NCBI GenBank assembly: GCA_051532035.1
Contig: JAOPTW010000019.1
Span: 1 to 64,000 of the forward strand
Length of the DNA: 64,000 nucleotides
Source: Fibrobacterales bacterium
GTDB taxonomy: Bacteria; Fibrobacterota; Fibrobacteria; Fibrobacterales; JAOPTW01
Direction: 5' to 3'
A program made the position numbers and the translations under genes. This document shows positions 30,393-40,557 of the stretch, in pieces. Positions within the stretch are counted from its first letter, which is position 1; each line of letters begins with the position of its first letter. The notes below the pieces were generated by a model. That model did not search any database and had not been told where the DNA came from. It saw nothing but the letters and a program-made list of their open reading frames with translations.

Positions 30393-31118
30393 TTACTTTT
30401 CTATATAATCGACAAATATCTCTATTCTTCTATTCTCAGCTCTGTTTTTACTATTAGTATTAGGCACAAGAGGTCTAAATTCTCCATACCCAACGGCACT
30501 CATATTTTGACTAATCTCTTCTGTCTTCACACCCGAGTACTGCGCCAAAAGTTTGAGAACACTCAGTGATCGAGCCGTTGAGAGTTCCCAGTTAGAGTCA
30601 TACTTTACTGTATGTATCGGCACATCATCAGTATGACCTTCAACTCTAATTTTCAAATCTGGCTTGTTTTTTAATATTTGCCCTATATCAGCCAATATTT
30701 CTTGACCTTTTGCCTTTAAATCAGCATTACCCGAAGAGAACGCAACCGGATCTTTCAATTTAATAGCTATGCCTGTTTCAGTCATTTTCACTTTAACCGC
30801 ATCATCCATATTTTTTGTCTCTATTACATCTTCAACTTTTTTTGCATCTTCCAGTGCTTGCTTTCGCTTTGACTCGTCGCCACTATGCTTAGGAATTTGC
30901 ACTACTGGCATAACCGCAACCGTGGGATAACTATCAAGCACTCCAAAAGAACCTTGTATTGTCTGCATCGTCATCGCATATTTTGTCGGTTCAAATGTCG
31001 CCATAGAGAGGAGCATCACAAAAAAGGTGAGCAATAGTGACATCATGTCACCAAAGGTCATCATATAGGCCGGGGCCCCTTTTACACACTCTTCACATTT
31101 TGGACACTCTTCAGCCAT
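30393..31118 (-). CDS. motB: Flagellar stator subunit B
   Basis: TFGDMMSLLLTFFV, OmpA-like EGHTDD, NWELSTAR, NRRIEI. Confidence 0.95.
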   Translation of the reverse strand: MAEECPKCEECVKGAPAYMMTFGDMMSLLLTFFVMLLSMATFEPTKYAMTMQTIQGSFGVLDSYPTVAVMPVVQIPKHSGDESKRKQALEDAKKVEDVIETKNMDDAVKVKMTETGIAIKLKDPVAFSSGNADLKAKGQEILADIGQILKNKPDLKIRVEGHTDDVPIHTVKYDSNWELSTARSLSVLKLLAQYSGVKTEEISQNMSAVGYGEFRPLVPNTNSKNRAENRRIEIFVDYIEK

Positions 31119-31889
31119 CTACTCTTCCTTAGTAAGTTCCATGCGAGTTATCGGATCGAGGAATGATCCAAGCTTCATTTCAACAGTACGCGGATTATCC
31201 CCCGATTGAATCGACATAATTCCCTCGAGCATTAAGCTTTTCAATAACATCTCGTTTGCCGAATAAAATTTTAGCTTAGTCGAAAGTGGTGTAAAAAAGA
31301 GATTCGCTACAATCGACCCATAGAGTGTTGTCAAAAGTGCAACTGCCATCGCAGGACCAATTGCCGTTACATCCGACATATTCGCCAGCATCAGCACCAA
31401 TCCAATAAGCGTTCCTACCATTCCAAATGCAGGGGCCAAATCCGCAACGGTCGCCACTTTATCTGCATTTTTTTTATGACGCTCTTCAATAAAATTAAGT
31501 TCTGTCACCAAAATACTTCTGAGTAGTTCAGCGTCAGTACCATCCACCGCAAGCTGAATACCCTTCTTCAAAAATTCATCTTCAATTTCATCAGTACGAG
31601 ATTCAAGTGCCAACAACCCTTCCTTACGCGCCTGCTCAGCAAATGACACCAGCGTTTTAATAGTCGTAATAAATTCTATCGGCTGTATAATAATTGCATT
31701 TTTGATGACTGATATCATTGCAACAATTTGACTTGGGGGGTACGATATAAACATGGCACTAAACGCACCGCCGATTACAATCGCAAAAGAAGGTATATCA
31801 ATAAACATACCAATACGCGCTGGGCCAATGCCCAATACAATAATAAGGAGTAGACCGGAAATCATTCCGCCTATAGTACCCAAATCCAT
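31119..31889 (-). CDS. motA: Flagellar stator subunit A
   Basis: ARKEGLLALE, APAFGMVGTLIGL, ALLTTLYG, GDNPR; ATG at 31889 follows AGGGG. Confidence 0.96.
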   Translation of the reverse strand: MDLGTIGGMISGLLLIIVLGIGPARIGMFIDIPSFAIVIGGAFSAMFISYPPSQIVAMISVIKNAIIIQPIEFITTIKTLVSFAEQARKEGLLALESRTDEIEDEFLKKGIQLAVDGTDAELLRSILVTELNFIEERHKKNADKVATVADLAPAFGMVGTLIGLVLMLANMSDVTAIGPAMAVALLTTLYGSIVANLFFTPLSTKLKFYSANEMLLKSLMLEGIMSIQSGDNPRTVEMKLGSFLDPITRMELTKEE

Positions 31890-31950
31890 CGTTATCCCCT
31901 GCTTAGTTCGTTCCAATCACCTGTTTAAAATATAACCTAGTTTGGAATTG

Positions 31951-31980
31951 GCCCTCCTTGAATTCTTACTCAAGGAGGGC
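31951..31980. other. Strong intergenic hairpin between flgE and motA with no U tract on the coding strand
   Basis: GCCCTCCTTGA-N8-TCAAGGAGGGC. Confidence 0.7.
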
Positions 31981-31995
31981 TATTTCAGACTATTT

Positions 31996-34230
31996 CTATC
32001 GTTTTAGCTGTATGAGTTCTTCCATCATTTTATCCGACACTGTAATTATTCTCGAGTTTGCCTGAAAACCACGCTGAGTAGTAATCATCGAGGTAAATTC
32101 AGCGGCCAAATCAACATTTGACCCTTCAAGAGCACCAGGGCGCAATTTTGATTTTGACTGTAAGCCCGGTATACCTGCAATTGGATCACCCGAGTTTGAG
32201 CTCACCGTAAATACCGAATCACTCAACTTTAATAATCCACCTGGATTGGTAAATTCCGTCACCAATACCCGAGCAAGCGCTCGTGACGTACCATTAGTGA
32301 AGCTCCCTGAAACCATGCCATATTCATCAATACTGATATCGGTCAATGATCCTGTACCATATCCATTTTGTCCAACCGCAGATGCAGATGTTTGCGCCTC
32401 AAATTGAGTCAAGCCTTGGAAATCACCTGGCCCACCCATATCTAAGTTCACGCTCATCTGATTCGAACCATTATTAGGGTCCATTATGAGGCCTGAGCTG
32501 CTATCAGTAAAGATAAATGCCCCAACTGATCCGTCTTGAGCAAAGGAGAGTGTTCCTGCATCACCACCAAGGATTCGTTCATCACCAGAGGCCGTTACTT
32601 TCCAAAGCCATTCACCTGGCACGCCTGTATGAGTGAACGTAGTAGTTAATACATGCTCTGCACCACTTTCGTCATATACTGAGATCGAGGTATCGAATAC
32701 TCCTGTATCTCGTGCCGCCTGAAACTCTTCTGACGCCATATTCGCATTAAAAAGTTTTGGTGTTGGGTTCTGATTATTCGAATTATTTGCGGTAACATTT
32801 ATATTTTCTAAGGCAAAGTCAGCACCTTTCACCCCACGTATTACAATGGTTCCATCATTAATCTGATCGTTGCTATCTGCACCATTAATAGTTACTGTTT
32901 GGTTTTCAGCAACAGTACCATCAGTAAAAGGGAGCTTTAATCCATCTTTAATAGTATCCATCAAATTTTGTATGGTCGTGGTTGCCGCTGAATAGTTCAG
33001 CATTGATGGTGTAGAAGACTCACCACCAACAGTACCATTTACACTGACGGTATCTCCTGTTTCTAACCCAAGAGTATCACCATGAGTATCATAGAGCTCC
33101 GACATGAGATCCGTTGCTTCTGCAGGATATCTAAATGAATCAGAAAACCCTGTATTACCAACAGCAATAGTTGCAGGGAAATTAAAGGCCTTACGGATCA
33201 TTGAATCTGAGATCGGTCTATCTGAACTTACTTGAAACCCAACCAACGCCTGAACACCAGCGGTATTATCTACGGTGACTGAACCCCGGTTTACACTACC
33301 GGGCCCATCATCAATGCCCGCTTGAGTACCCGGATATCCCTGACCATTAAACCAGTTATTTATCGCCGTGAGCATTTCATCAATGGTACCTGCAGTAGCA
33401 TTTGTACCAGTAATAATAGCACCAGGAGTTGTCGACGGGTCAACAATAGTAATTTCAAGAGGGGTCAACGGCAGACCTGCCGCATCAACCGCTTCATAGG
33501 TCAATACATCACCTGGTTCAATTCCTAAATCCCTCCCTTTACTATCATAGAGTGCGGTAAGCCAGTCAGCTGATACTTTGGGCGGCACAAGTGCACCAGT
33601 ACCTGCAGGATCGGAAAAGCCACCACCACTACTGGGTTGTGCAAATTGTAAAAATCTATTGGTATACACAACAGAACCTTTCGCTCCAGAATCAGAGTTT
33701 AAGTTTCTCGAATATTTAACCGTATCGGTCTCTTTAGCAGGGGCCTGTTCATTAAACGGAATAGTGATATCCCCTTCTACAGAACCCGAAGGGAACTCTC
33801 CCACCTCATTCGCCATAACTCCTTGGAGTACATACCCATTAGTAGGAAGCACCATTTTTCCTCCGGAATCTAACTGAAACGAACCATTACGCGTAAAAAA
33901 GTTGCCTTCACCATTACTTACTGCAAAGTACCCCTTCCCTTCAATAGCAAGGTCAGTAATTTGACCTGTTGAAAGCATATTACCTTGACTCAGCATTGTA
34001 TCGATTGAACCTACAGAGGTACCAAGCCCTACCTGCATTGGGTTTGTACCACCTCCATTTCCTGGTGGACGTGACGACCCTTCGAGGAGCTGTGCAAATG
34101 ACTCTTCAAAAGTTACTCGTGTTGATTTATACCCTACCGTATTAACATTCGCAATGTTATTACCGATAACGTCCAACTGCACCTGATGTGTGTGCAACCC
34201 TGATATTCCGGAATATAATGATCTTAACAT
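31996..34230 (-). CDS. flgE: Flagellar hook protein (long form, 744 aa)
   Basis: SLYSGISGL..IGNNIANVNTVGYK, DLAIEGKGYF, LEGSNVDLAAEFTSMITTQRGFQAN; follows flgD. Confidence 0.95.
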   Translation of the reverse strand: MLRSLYSGISGLHTHQVQLDVIGNNIANVNTVGYKSTRVTFEESFAQLLEGSSRPPGNGGGTNPMQVGLGTSVGSIDTMLSQGNMLSTGQITDLAIEGKGYFAVSNGEGNFFTRNGSFQLDSGGKMVLPTNGYVLQGVMANEVGEFPSGSVEGDITIPFNEQAPAKETDTVKYSRNLNSDSGAKGSVVYTNRFLQFAQPSSGGGFSDPAGTGALVPPKVSADWLTALYDSKGRDLGIEPGDVLTYEAVDAAGLPLTPLEITIVDPSTTPGAIITGTNATAGTIDEMLTAINNWFNGQGYPGTQAGIDDGPGSVNRGSVTVDNTAGVQALVGFQVSSDRPISDSMIRKAFNFPATIAVGNTGFSDSFRYPAEATDLMSELYDTHGDTLGLETGDTVSVNGTVGGESSTPSMLNYSAATTTIQNLMDTIKDGLKLPFTDGTVAENQTVTINGADSNDQINDGTIVIRGVKGADFALENINVTANNSNNQNPTPKLFNANMASEEFQAARDTGVFDTSISVYDESGAEHVLTTTFTHTGVPGEWLWKVTASGDERILGGDAGTLSFAQDGSVGAFIFTDSSSGLIMDPNNGSNQMSVNLDMGGPGDFQGLTQFEAQTSASAVGQNGYGTGSLTDISIDEYGMVSGSFTNGTSRALARVLVTEFTNPGGLLKLSDSVFTVSSNSGDPIAGIPGLQSKSKLRPGALEGSNVDLAAEFTSMITTQRGFQANSRIITVSDKMMEELIQLKR

Positions 34231-34244
34231 ATCTACTCCCTCCC

Positions 34245-35027
34245 TTAGTTTGTCACTTGTTTAATATCTGAAAGTTTATAACTCTTTGAGCCAAGCAGTA
34301 TCTCTGCCCCACCAGTTGCATAATTTACACCGGTCACCGTCTCTTTGTTATACACATACCCTGCATCTGCGAGGCCATTCTTCGATTTCTTAATTTCAAA
34401 GGTATAGTTACCTGTTTTTAATGGCTCACCATTTTTATCGAGATCTGGCCAAGGCACTTCCGCTTCGCTCTCTGTATCAATCCTATCAATTTGAGTGTAA
34501 TACACCTCGTTACCCACTTCATCGAGTATCGAGATAAATGATTCACCTGGAGAATTGAGATGTACTTTTACCGGCTCATTTTTTCCGTTATAATACTCTT
34601 TATCAATTTCAACCACAGCCATTTTACCAAGCATCGAAGTTGCTGATGCATTAGCTACCGCTTGTGAGGATTGATTTTGTGCTCCTACAAACTCACCCAA
34701 GGCATCTGCCATATTTGTAATTGAGCTTTCTGAATTTTGACTCGATTCTAACTGAGAGAACTGTGCAAGTTGCGCCACAAATTCTTCATTTTCTTGCGGC
34801 GAAAGTGGGTCTTGATATTTTAACTGTGTAGTAAGAAGAGTCAAAAAGTCCATTTTTCCGAGCTTCCCATCATCTTTACTAAAGAGACGTGCATCGCCCT
34901 CATCTTCTATCGTTGAACCTTCATCTTGATTGTACGACACCTTGCGCACACCACTACCTTCAACACCATTAATAGAGTTTATCCATTGTTGTTGTGCCGC
35001 GTTATTATCTATTCCTGAAACTGCCAT
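34245..35027 (-). CDS. flgD: Flagellar hook-capping protein
   Basis: LGKMDFLTLLTTQLKYQDPLSP, AQLAQFSQLE. Confidence 0.96.
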   Translation of the reverse strand: MAVSGIDNNAAQQQWINSINGVEGSGVRKVSYNQDEGSTIEDEGDARLFSKDDGKLGKMDFLTLLTTQLKYQDPLSPQENEEFVAQLAQFSQLESSQNSESSITNMADALGEFVGAQNQSSQAVANASATSMLGKMAVVEIDKEYYNGKNEPVKVHLNSPGESFISILDEVGNEVYYTQIDRIDTESEAEVPWPDLDKNGEPLKTGNYTFEIKKSKNGLADAGYVYNKETVTGVNYATGGAEILLGSKSYKLSDIKQVTN

Positions 35028-35043
35028 CATTTCTCCTTAAGGA

Positions 35044-36768
35044 CTACGCCAAATACTCCATAGTATTATATCCAAGGCGCCGACCAGTTTCTGCACCGTC
35101 TTTTTCAATATCTACTTCGAGGGTTACACTGTCTTTAACCCGCTTATTACCTTTAAACCGATTCTGTTCTTCCTCTCGGTCATTTAAATTTGCAAACTCA
35201 CTCTCTTTTCTCACCTCAACTTCAACATCTTCAATAGTGATACCCTGAAGATTCAATGATTCCTTTAGTTGCCCGACATTTCCTTCAACGGCCAGCCGTG
35301 CACCTTCAGTTTCGACTTTCAAACTGAGCTTCATTTTCGAATCTTCCATCTGTATATCAATATTAACACGACCCAAATGTTCTGGCTTAAGCTGCATACT
35401 CATTGACGTTTTTCCACTATCAATAAGGAGCGTCACATTTTTAACAACCTGCTTAACCACATGGGTTTGTTGCGCCCCCCTGCCCTGAGTAACTTCTTTT
35501 GTCTTCTCAACGACTATTTTTTCGCCATTTACTTTCACGGTATGCTCAACATTTACCGACTCAGATGACTTAAACTCACCACCTTTTACTTGCGTCTGTT
35601 GGCTTCCCCCTTGACTATTTTTATCTACTACAGTGCCTTTTGAGGATTGTTTTTCCTGAGGATCTCTCTGACTAGAATTTTGCTGAAAGAATTCATTTTT
35701 CTGTTCTCCTGTCTGTTTCTCTTGTGGTGCCGCAACACCCTGTTGACGATTTGTATCCTGCTTTTCTGTTCCCACGGTAGAACGTTGATCTGCAACCTCT
35801 GCCTTAACTGCCCCTTGACGCACCTGTTGTTCGGGAGCCTTAGTAGGTTCTCGCTGAAACATCTCTTTAAGTTTATCCATTAATGGTGATTTTTGATCCA
35901 CCTTCTCTTCTTTAACGGGCGTCAAAAATGAGTCATCCTTGAGAGAACGAAGCTCAGCACGTTTATTATCAAAGAGAGTCACTTTTTTTGTATCAATCTC
36001 TAATTGTTCAATTGTTGTCGCTAGTTTCTGAGTTGCTTTTTTCGGAATCTCACCCAGAAATGAGACCTCTTTTTTTCCACTAATATCAAATGCCATTACA
36101 TTACGTGGCGCAACCTCAAAAGGTATTGCAAGTTCTGTGAGACTATGTAACAATTCATTTAATTGTACTGCATCCCCTGGACTCTCATCGGTAAGAGCTT
36201 GAAGTGCTTTTTTAAGATCAGTTAATTTTTCTGGCGTAAGTTCTTTAGGATCAATCGTTACACCAAACTTTTTAAGAAGCGACACAATTTCTTTTTTACC
36301 CAGCTCTATCGCTTCTTTAATAGAACCCATTGCTTTCTCGACTTCTTTAAGTCGTGTATCTATAGTGGAAGCTTGTTCATTATGCCCCTGAGCAGCAGCG
36401 TCACTCTCCCTACGCTCTACACTGTCATGTGATTCCTGCGCTTCCACGTTATAGCTTGTACCCTTTTCATCATTACCTGTAGATTTACTCGCGTATTCAC
36501 GAGTATCTTCTTCTGCATACTTCGCGACACTCTCTTCAGAAATTGAGTTCTGCTCATGCGGCTGCTGATATTCACTTGACTCATACACGTTATAGAGTTC
36601 ATTTTCAAAAGCGTTAGATTGTTCTGTTTCTGTGGATCTATCTGAAATAAACTCCTGCGATTGATCACCATTTGGCACTGACCCAGCACTAATCGTACTA
36701 ATATCCGCACTCCCCATTGATTGCCGGGGCATGATCCGTTCACTAAAGAGTTGTGTTAACTTTATCAT
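35044..36768 (-). CDS. fliK: Hook-length control protein
   Basis: Long disordered N-terminus, then MQLKPEHLGRV and LKESLNLQG; precedes flgD. Confidence 0.92.
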   Translation of the reverse strand: MIKLTQLFSERIMPRQSMGSADISTISAGSVPNGDQSQEFISDRSTETEQSNAFENELYNVYESSEYQQPHEQNSISEESVAKYAEEDTREYASKSTGNDEKGTSYNVEAQESHDSVERRESDAAAQGHNEQASTIDTRLKEVEKAMGSIKEAIELGKKEIVSLLKKFGVTIDPKELTPEKLTDLKKALQALTDESPGDAVQLNELLHSLTELAIPFEVAPRNVMAFDISGKKEVSFLGEIPKKATQKLATTIEQLEIDTKKVTLFDNKRAELRSLKDDSFLTPVKEEKVDQKSPLMDKLKEMFQREPTKAPEQQVRQGAVKAEVADQRSTVGTEKQDTNRQQGVAAPQEKQTGEQKNEFFQQNSSQRDPQEKQSSKGTVVDKNSQGGSQQTQVKGGEFKSSESVNVEHTVKVNGEKIVVEKTKEVTQGRGAQQTHVVKQVVKNVTLLIDSGKTSMSMQLKPEHLGRVNIDIQMEDSKMKLSLKVETEGARLAVEGNVGQLKESLNLQGITIEDVEVEVRKESEFANLNDREEEQNRFKGNKRVKDSVTLEVDIEKDGAETGRRLGYNTMEYLA

Positions 36769-36772
36769 ATCA

Positions 36773-37375
36773 CTACCTCAAAGTACCATCGTTTTTCCAA
36801 CCAAGCTTTTTAGTAATAACCGCTGCTCGCTCATTACTCATGGCCCCAAGTGCGGCCATCAACTTAGCTTGTGCTCGTACTTCTGGAATACGTTTCACAA
36901 TCCCGACAATATCATCATCATTTAAACTGAGTAAAATAGGTGCTGCTTCTGTTGGCTTCATGTTACCATATACTTGTGCTAATGCATCAATACGTTCATC
37001 ACTCAACTCTTTTGACTCTCCAACAAGTTTTTCAATTCTATCTCTATGCTGTCCAATCTCTTTTTTAAGAACATCATTCTCCATTTTGATATTCTCAAGT
37101 CGCTCTATCTCTTCTTGGAGTCGTGCTTCTCTTAACTCAAGATTTTTGTCTCTGAGTTTGATTGCTTCAAAAAGTTTACTCTGTTCAGAATCACTGGAAT
37201 CTTGTTTGGGGTGATAGGTTTCAAGAAATTGAACGAGACCATCTTTGGCCGCATCCCCTTCACCCATTTCAATATGAATTGTGCCCGTAGCTAATAGTAC
37301 CACTACAAATACCACAGGAAATAGAAAGAGTGAAGCTATTCCCGCTGTAATGACATCTTTTAACCGTACCTTCAT
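36773..37375 (-). CDS. MotE/FlbB-like flagellar protein (TM, coiled coil, MgtE_N-like domain)
   Basis: LAQVYGNMKPTEAAPIL..AKLMAAL; first gene of the operon, before fliK. Confidence 0.8.
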   Translation of the reverse strand: MKVRLKDVITAGIASLFLFPVVFVVVLLATGTIHIEMGEGDAAKDGLVQFLETYHPKQDSSDSEQSKLFEAIKLRDKNLELREARLQEEIERLENIKMENDVLKKEIGQHRDRIEKLVGESKELSDERIDALAQVYGNMKPTEAAPILLSLNDDDIVGIVKRIPEVRAQAKLMAALGAMSNERAAVITKKLGWKNDGTLR

Positions 37376-37412
37376 CTTAAAACCAATAGATAGTTCATCT
37401 ACTCAAGTATAA

Positions 37413-37428
37413 AGCGATTAACGTGCCA
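37413..37428 (-). promoter_or_regulatory. Sigma-54 (-24/-12) promoter of the flagellar operon
   Basis: Minus strand TGGCACG-TTAA-TCGCT, exact GG-N10-GC spacing, ~40 nt before the first ATG. Confidence 0.8.
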
Positions 37429-37575
37429 ACTTAAAAACAGGGATTTTACCCAAATTCAGAACGAAATTTGAAGTAAAAGGTGAAGTTAGGGAAAAATCTG
37501 ACAATTAATGGAAAATTGTGCAACGAGCAGGAAATTTGTTCCCAAACAACTCTTTTGAGCTATTTAAGGAACGCT

Positions 37576-39072
37576 CTAGAATATATCATACTGGAGAGAA
37601 ACAGAGTAATCAAGTGAAAGACCATTTGGGTTTGATTCGTGATGCTTCCAATACTTATTATCAGAATACCCCTGCCCATTCCCATACGCCTCACTCACTA
37701 TTGATCGTTGACTCGGGCCATACTGAGCTTTGATTCCCCAATATTTTGCTTCGACCCGCTCCATTGAGTGGTAGAGGCCACCCTCTGCCATAAGCTTTAG
37801 TCTAGTAGAAAAGTACCAGGCATAGCGTAAGGACGCCCCAACCGTGAGCATATAGTTCTCATATTTAATGGTTGTATCATAATGTTTCGTTTGTAAATGT
37901 ACGGGAATAAACCAATAACTCCCCCCGAGTGCCATCGAGACCTCGACTCTACTTGATGGATAATAGCTAAATGCAGTTGTATGACCAAGAGCAGTTATCC
38001 AGCCAGTTGCACTCGGCGCAATTTCATATAATTCACTATCACGATTACCATTAAAGGCCCCCGACTCAAAAGAGACTCTATTCTCTACATGCCAATCTAA
38101 ACTAAGCGCTTCTGTATAGTGATGCTCCACTAAACCAAATGTTCTCGTATAGTTATTTTCACTCTCAGCTCTGTCTATAGCATTCATTTCGTACGTATGT
38201 ACTACTCCCTCGGTTCGAAGTGCAATACCAAAGCGTAAACCGCTTTGCCTTTCAGGATGAGAGTCCATCAGGAAATCATTTATTATGGTAAAATACTCCA
38301 GAGACGTCTCTACCACTATTCCATATTCTTTAAAAAAAGCATCAATAGCCTTTAACTGCTGAGCACGCTGTTCTCGTTCATCCCATACGCGAATCTTCTT
38401 AGTCTTTTGCAATATATGGGCAATACTCTCTATATAGTCTGCACGCACATCCTCGATAATACCTTTCTTAAAAAGCGCATCAACAATATAATAAGCCGTC
38501 CGAGCGTCGGTAACTGTTTGAAAGCGACCAAACCCAGCAGAGAGTCCCCCTTTCCAGTAATGATGTGTCCCCTCCATATTTGCCTTACTGACAACAGTGC
38601 CTACGCCTCGCTCCTCAACCTCAGTATAGTCGATTGAATAGTGAGTTCCACCATCAGCACCCACATACCAGTCATCGAGCCCATAATAGTGACGATACTC
38701 GAAAGAACCCCGAGGAGCGACCATTGAAGTGACATTCAATACTTCACTACTGAGACTATCACTCTCCCCCCAGTAGGTCTGAGAAGTGCTGACATAATTC
38801 CCTTGCAATCCAACGGTTATATTCCATTCGCTCTCATCAGAAAACCCTGTCCGAACATAAGTGAGCTCACCGCCCCCAAGGAGCCTATTACCCTGATCAG
38901 GCAGTGGTGTAAATATATTCTGTCTATCTCCATTGACCTGAGTGTAATCGCCACTAATCATGGGCGTGATAAAGAGAGATGATTTACCATATGCTAAAGA
39001 GCGAAAATCATTTAAATCATATGCAAAAACAGATGTAATAGAGAGCAGTAACAGCAAGAGCAGAATTCTCAT
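37576..39072 (-). CDS. Hypothetical outer-membrane protein
   Basis: Signal peptide MRILLLLLLLSITSVFA after GAGGA; amphipathic strands around a helical core; ends YSVSLQYDIF. Confidence 0.65.
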   Translation of the reverse strand: MRILLLLLLLSITSVFAYDLNDFRSLAYGKSSLFITPMISGDYTQVNGDRQNIFTPLPDQGNRLLGGGELTYVRTGFSDESEWNITVGLQGNYVSTSQTYWGESDSLSSEVLNVTSMVAPRGSFEYRHYYGLDDWYVGADGGTHYSIDYTEVEERGVGTVVSKANMEGTHHYWKGGLSAGFGRFQTVTDARTAYYIVDALFKKGIIEDVRADYIESIAHILQKTKKIRVWDEREQRAQQLKAIDAFFKEYGIVVETSLEYFTIINDFLMDSHPERQSGLRFGIALRTEGVVHTYEMNAIDRAESENNYTRTFGLVEHHYTEALSLDWHVENRVSFESGAFNGNRDSELYEIAPSATGWITALGHTTAFSYYPSSRVEVSMALGGSYWFIPVHLQTKHYDTTIKYENYMLTVGASLRYAWYFSTRLKLMAEGGLYHSMERVEAKYWGIKAQYGPSQRSIVSEAYGNGQGYSDNKYWKHHESNPNGLSLDYSVSLQYDIF

Positions 39073-39247
39073 CAATTCCTCAGCATAAAAAAACAAGTAG
39101 ATACCCAAAATAGCGTATTCATGCTCAATTTCCTATAAGGTCTTGAGAGATTGGGCTGTTTTTGAAAAAAAATGTGTCACAAGTTGTGAGGAATATTTAA
39201 AGTATCGTTTCAATTTTTGATTAAGAAACGATTACACCATGAGAAAC

Positions 39248-39280
39248 AAAAAAGGGCCGAATTCAATTGATTTCGGCCCT
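39248..39280 (-). terminator. Intrinsic terminator after flgM
   Basis: Minus strand AGGGCCGAA..TTCGGCCCTTTTTT. Confidence 0.85.
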
Positions 39281-39318
39281 CTCAGTTTTTAGCTGATCTA
39301 CATCTCATGGCTACCTCG

Positions 39319-39597
39319 TTACAGCAGTTTAATTATCTTCTCGGCAATATCATCTACCATTTGATCATTCAAAGTATACTCTCCTGCGTTTACGCGACTT
39401 TTAATATTTTCAAGCTTCTGAAACCGCTCTTTTTCAATTTGAGAGTCATATTTCTGAGAATCCTTCAGCTTCCCAGCGGCTGCTTTAGAAAACTCGTAGC
39501 TATCTTTAACCTCGGCTGTCTTTCCTTCATCTATTTTTTTCTTTGCGCCTGGACTTCGTATGTACTCAGCCACTCTTGTAATTATTTCTGTTTTCAT
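39319..39597 (-). CDS. flgM: Anti-sigma-28 factor
   Basis: DSYEFS..RFQKLENIKSRVNAGEY..IAEKI; AAGGAGG RBS; sigma-28 promoter upstream. Confidence 0.88.
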   Translation of the reverse strand: MKTEIITRVAEYIRSPGAKKKIDEGKTAEVKDSYEFSKAAAGKLKDSQKYDSQIEKERFQKLENIKSRVNAGEYTLNDQMVDDIAEKIIKLL

Positions 39598-39651
39598 AGT
39601 GATATCCTCCTTGGTAAGTGACACACTCCTTTGTTTAACAGCCTACTATAC

Positions 39652-39678
39652 TTATCGTCAATCCTTAATCAAAACTTA
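39652..39678 (-). promoter_or_regulatory. Sigma-28 promoter of flgM
   Basis: Minus strand TAAG-N15-GACGATAA versus consensus TAAA-N15-GCCGATAA. Confidence 0.8.
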
Positions 39679-39837
39679 ACCTAAAACATCATTCTTTTAC
39701 CCCATATTCATCAAATTTTTAACAAATAGAGCCTTTATTGTGTTTTTTGACGCTAATATTTTGATATTTTAACAGTAATGACGTGGAACTAACTACGTAC
39801 GTACCTCAGCTTTAGCCTTAACTTCCACTTTAGAGAC

Positions 39838-40557
39838 CTATTGTGATATTCCCATACTCGCCTGAGACCCAAAACGCTTGACGAGGCCATTATAGTTGGA
39901 GAGCAGCCTATTATAGTAGCGAACAGGCAGTTTTGTAAAACTTTTTGTACGAATCGCCTTATTAAGAGTACCTGGACCAACATTATAGGCCATAATACCA
40001 TATCGAAGGCTTTTGTACCGAAGAATCATTTTAATGAGGTACGTTGCCCCAAATAAGATATTTATCTTTGGATTCATAAGATCTGCATGAGTCCGCAAAC
40101 CAATCCCTAGATGTTTCGCCATAGATTGAGCGGTCCCCATTTTAATCTGCATGAGGCCCAGTGCCCCACTTAACTTCCCACTCCTATATTTACCCAGCGC
40201 AGCCGGATCTCCCTGACTCTCAACGGTTACGAGCGCCAAAATAAGAAGGGGATCAAAGGAGTAAGAACGAGAAATTTTCCAAAGCTCCTCGGTAATTTCA
40301 ATAAGCTCTTCATTTGTTAATTGCCCATAGGCACTAAATTGAGTGGCTTCCAAAATCCGTACATAGGCATATGTCGACGTTATCACCTTTTCAGTATGAA
40401 AGTTTTCACTCTCCAACTCTTTAATCTGTGCCTGAAGGCCCTCAGCCGTACGGGAGTTTTTAACCCAAATAAGAGCAATGGTAATTAAAACGAGAGTTAT
40501 AGTAGCACTCAGCGCTATCAGAGATATAAAATTTAATCTGATACTCGAACGGATCAC
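39838..40557 (-). CDS. Membrane-anchored lytic transglycosylase (SLT domain)
   Basis: N-terminal TM, VES catalytic Glu, GALGLMQI, AYNVGP. Confidence 0.9.
   Translation of the reverse strand: MIRSSIRLNFISLIALSATITLVLITIALIWVKNSRTAEGLQAQIKELESENFHTEKVITSTYAYVRILEATQFSAYGQLTNEELIEITEELWKISRSYSFDPLLILALVTVESQGDPAALGKYRSGKLSGALGLMQIKMGTAQSMAKHLGIGLRTHADLMNPKINILFGATYLIKMILRYKSLRYGIMAYNVGPGTLNKAIRTKSFTKLPVRYYNRLLSNYNGLVKRFGSQASMGISQ

Noticed and set aside
39177..39189. TCACAA-G-TTGTGA palindrome
   Set aside because: Single short occurrence with no matching regulator motif
39783..39828. GTGGAA..TTCCAC possible structured RNA
   Set aside because: Only a 6-bp firm stem; no recognisable RNA family
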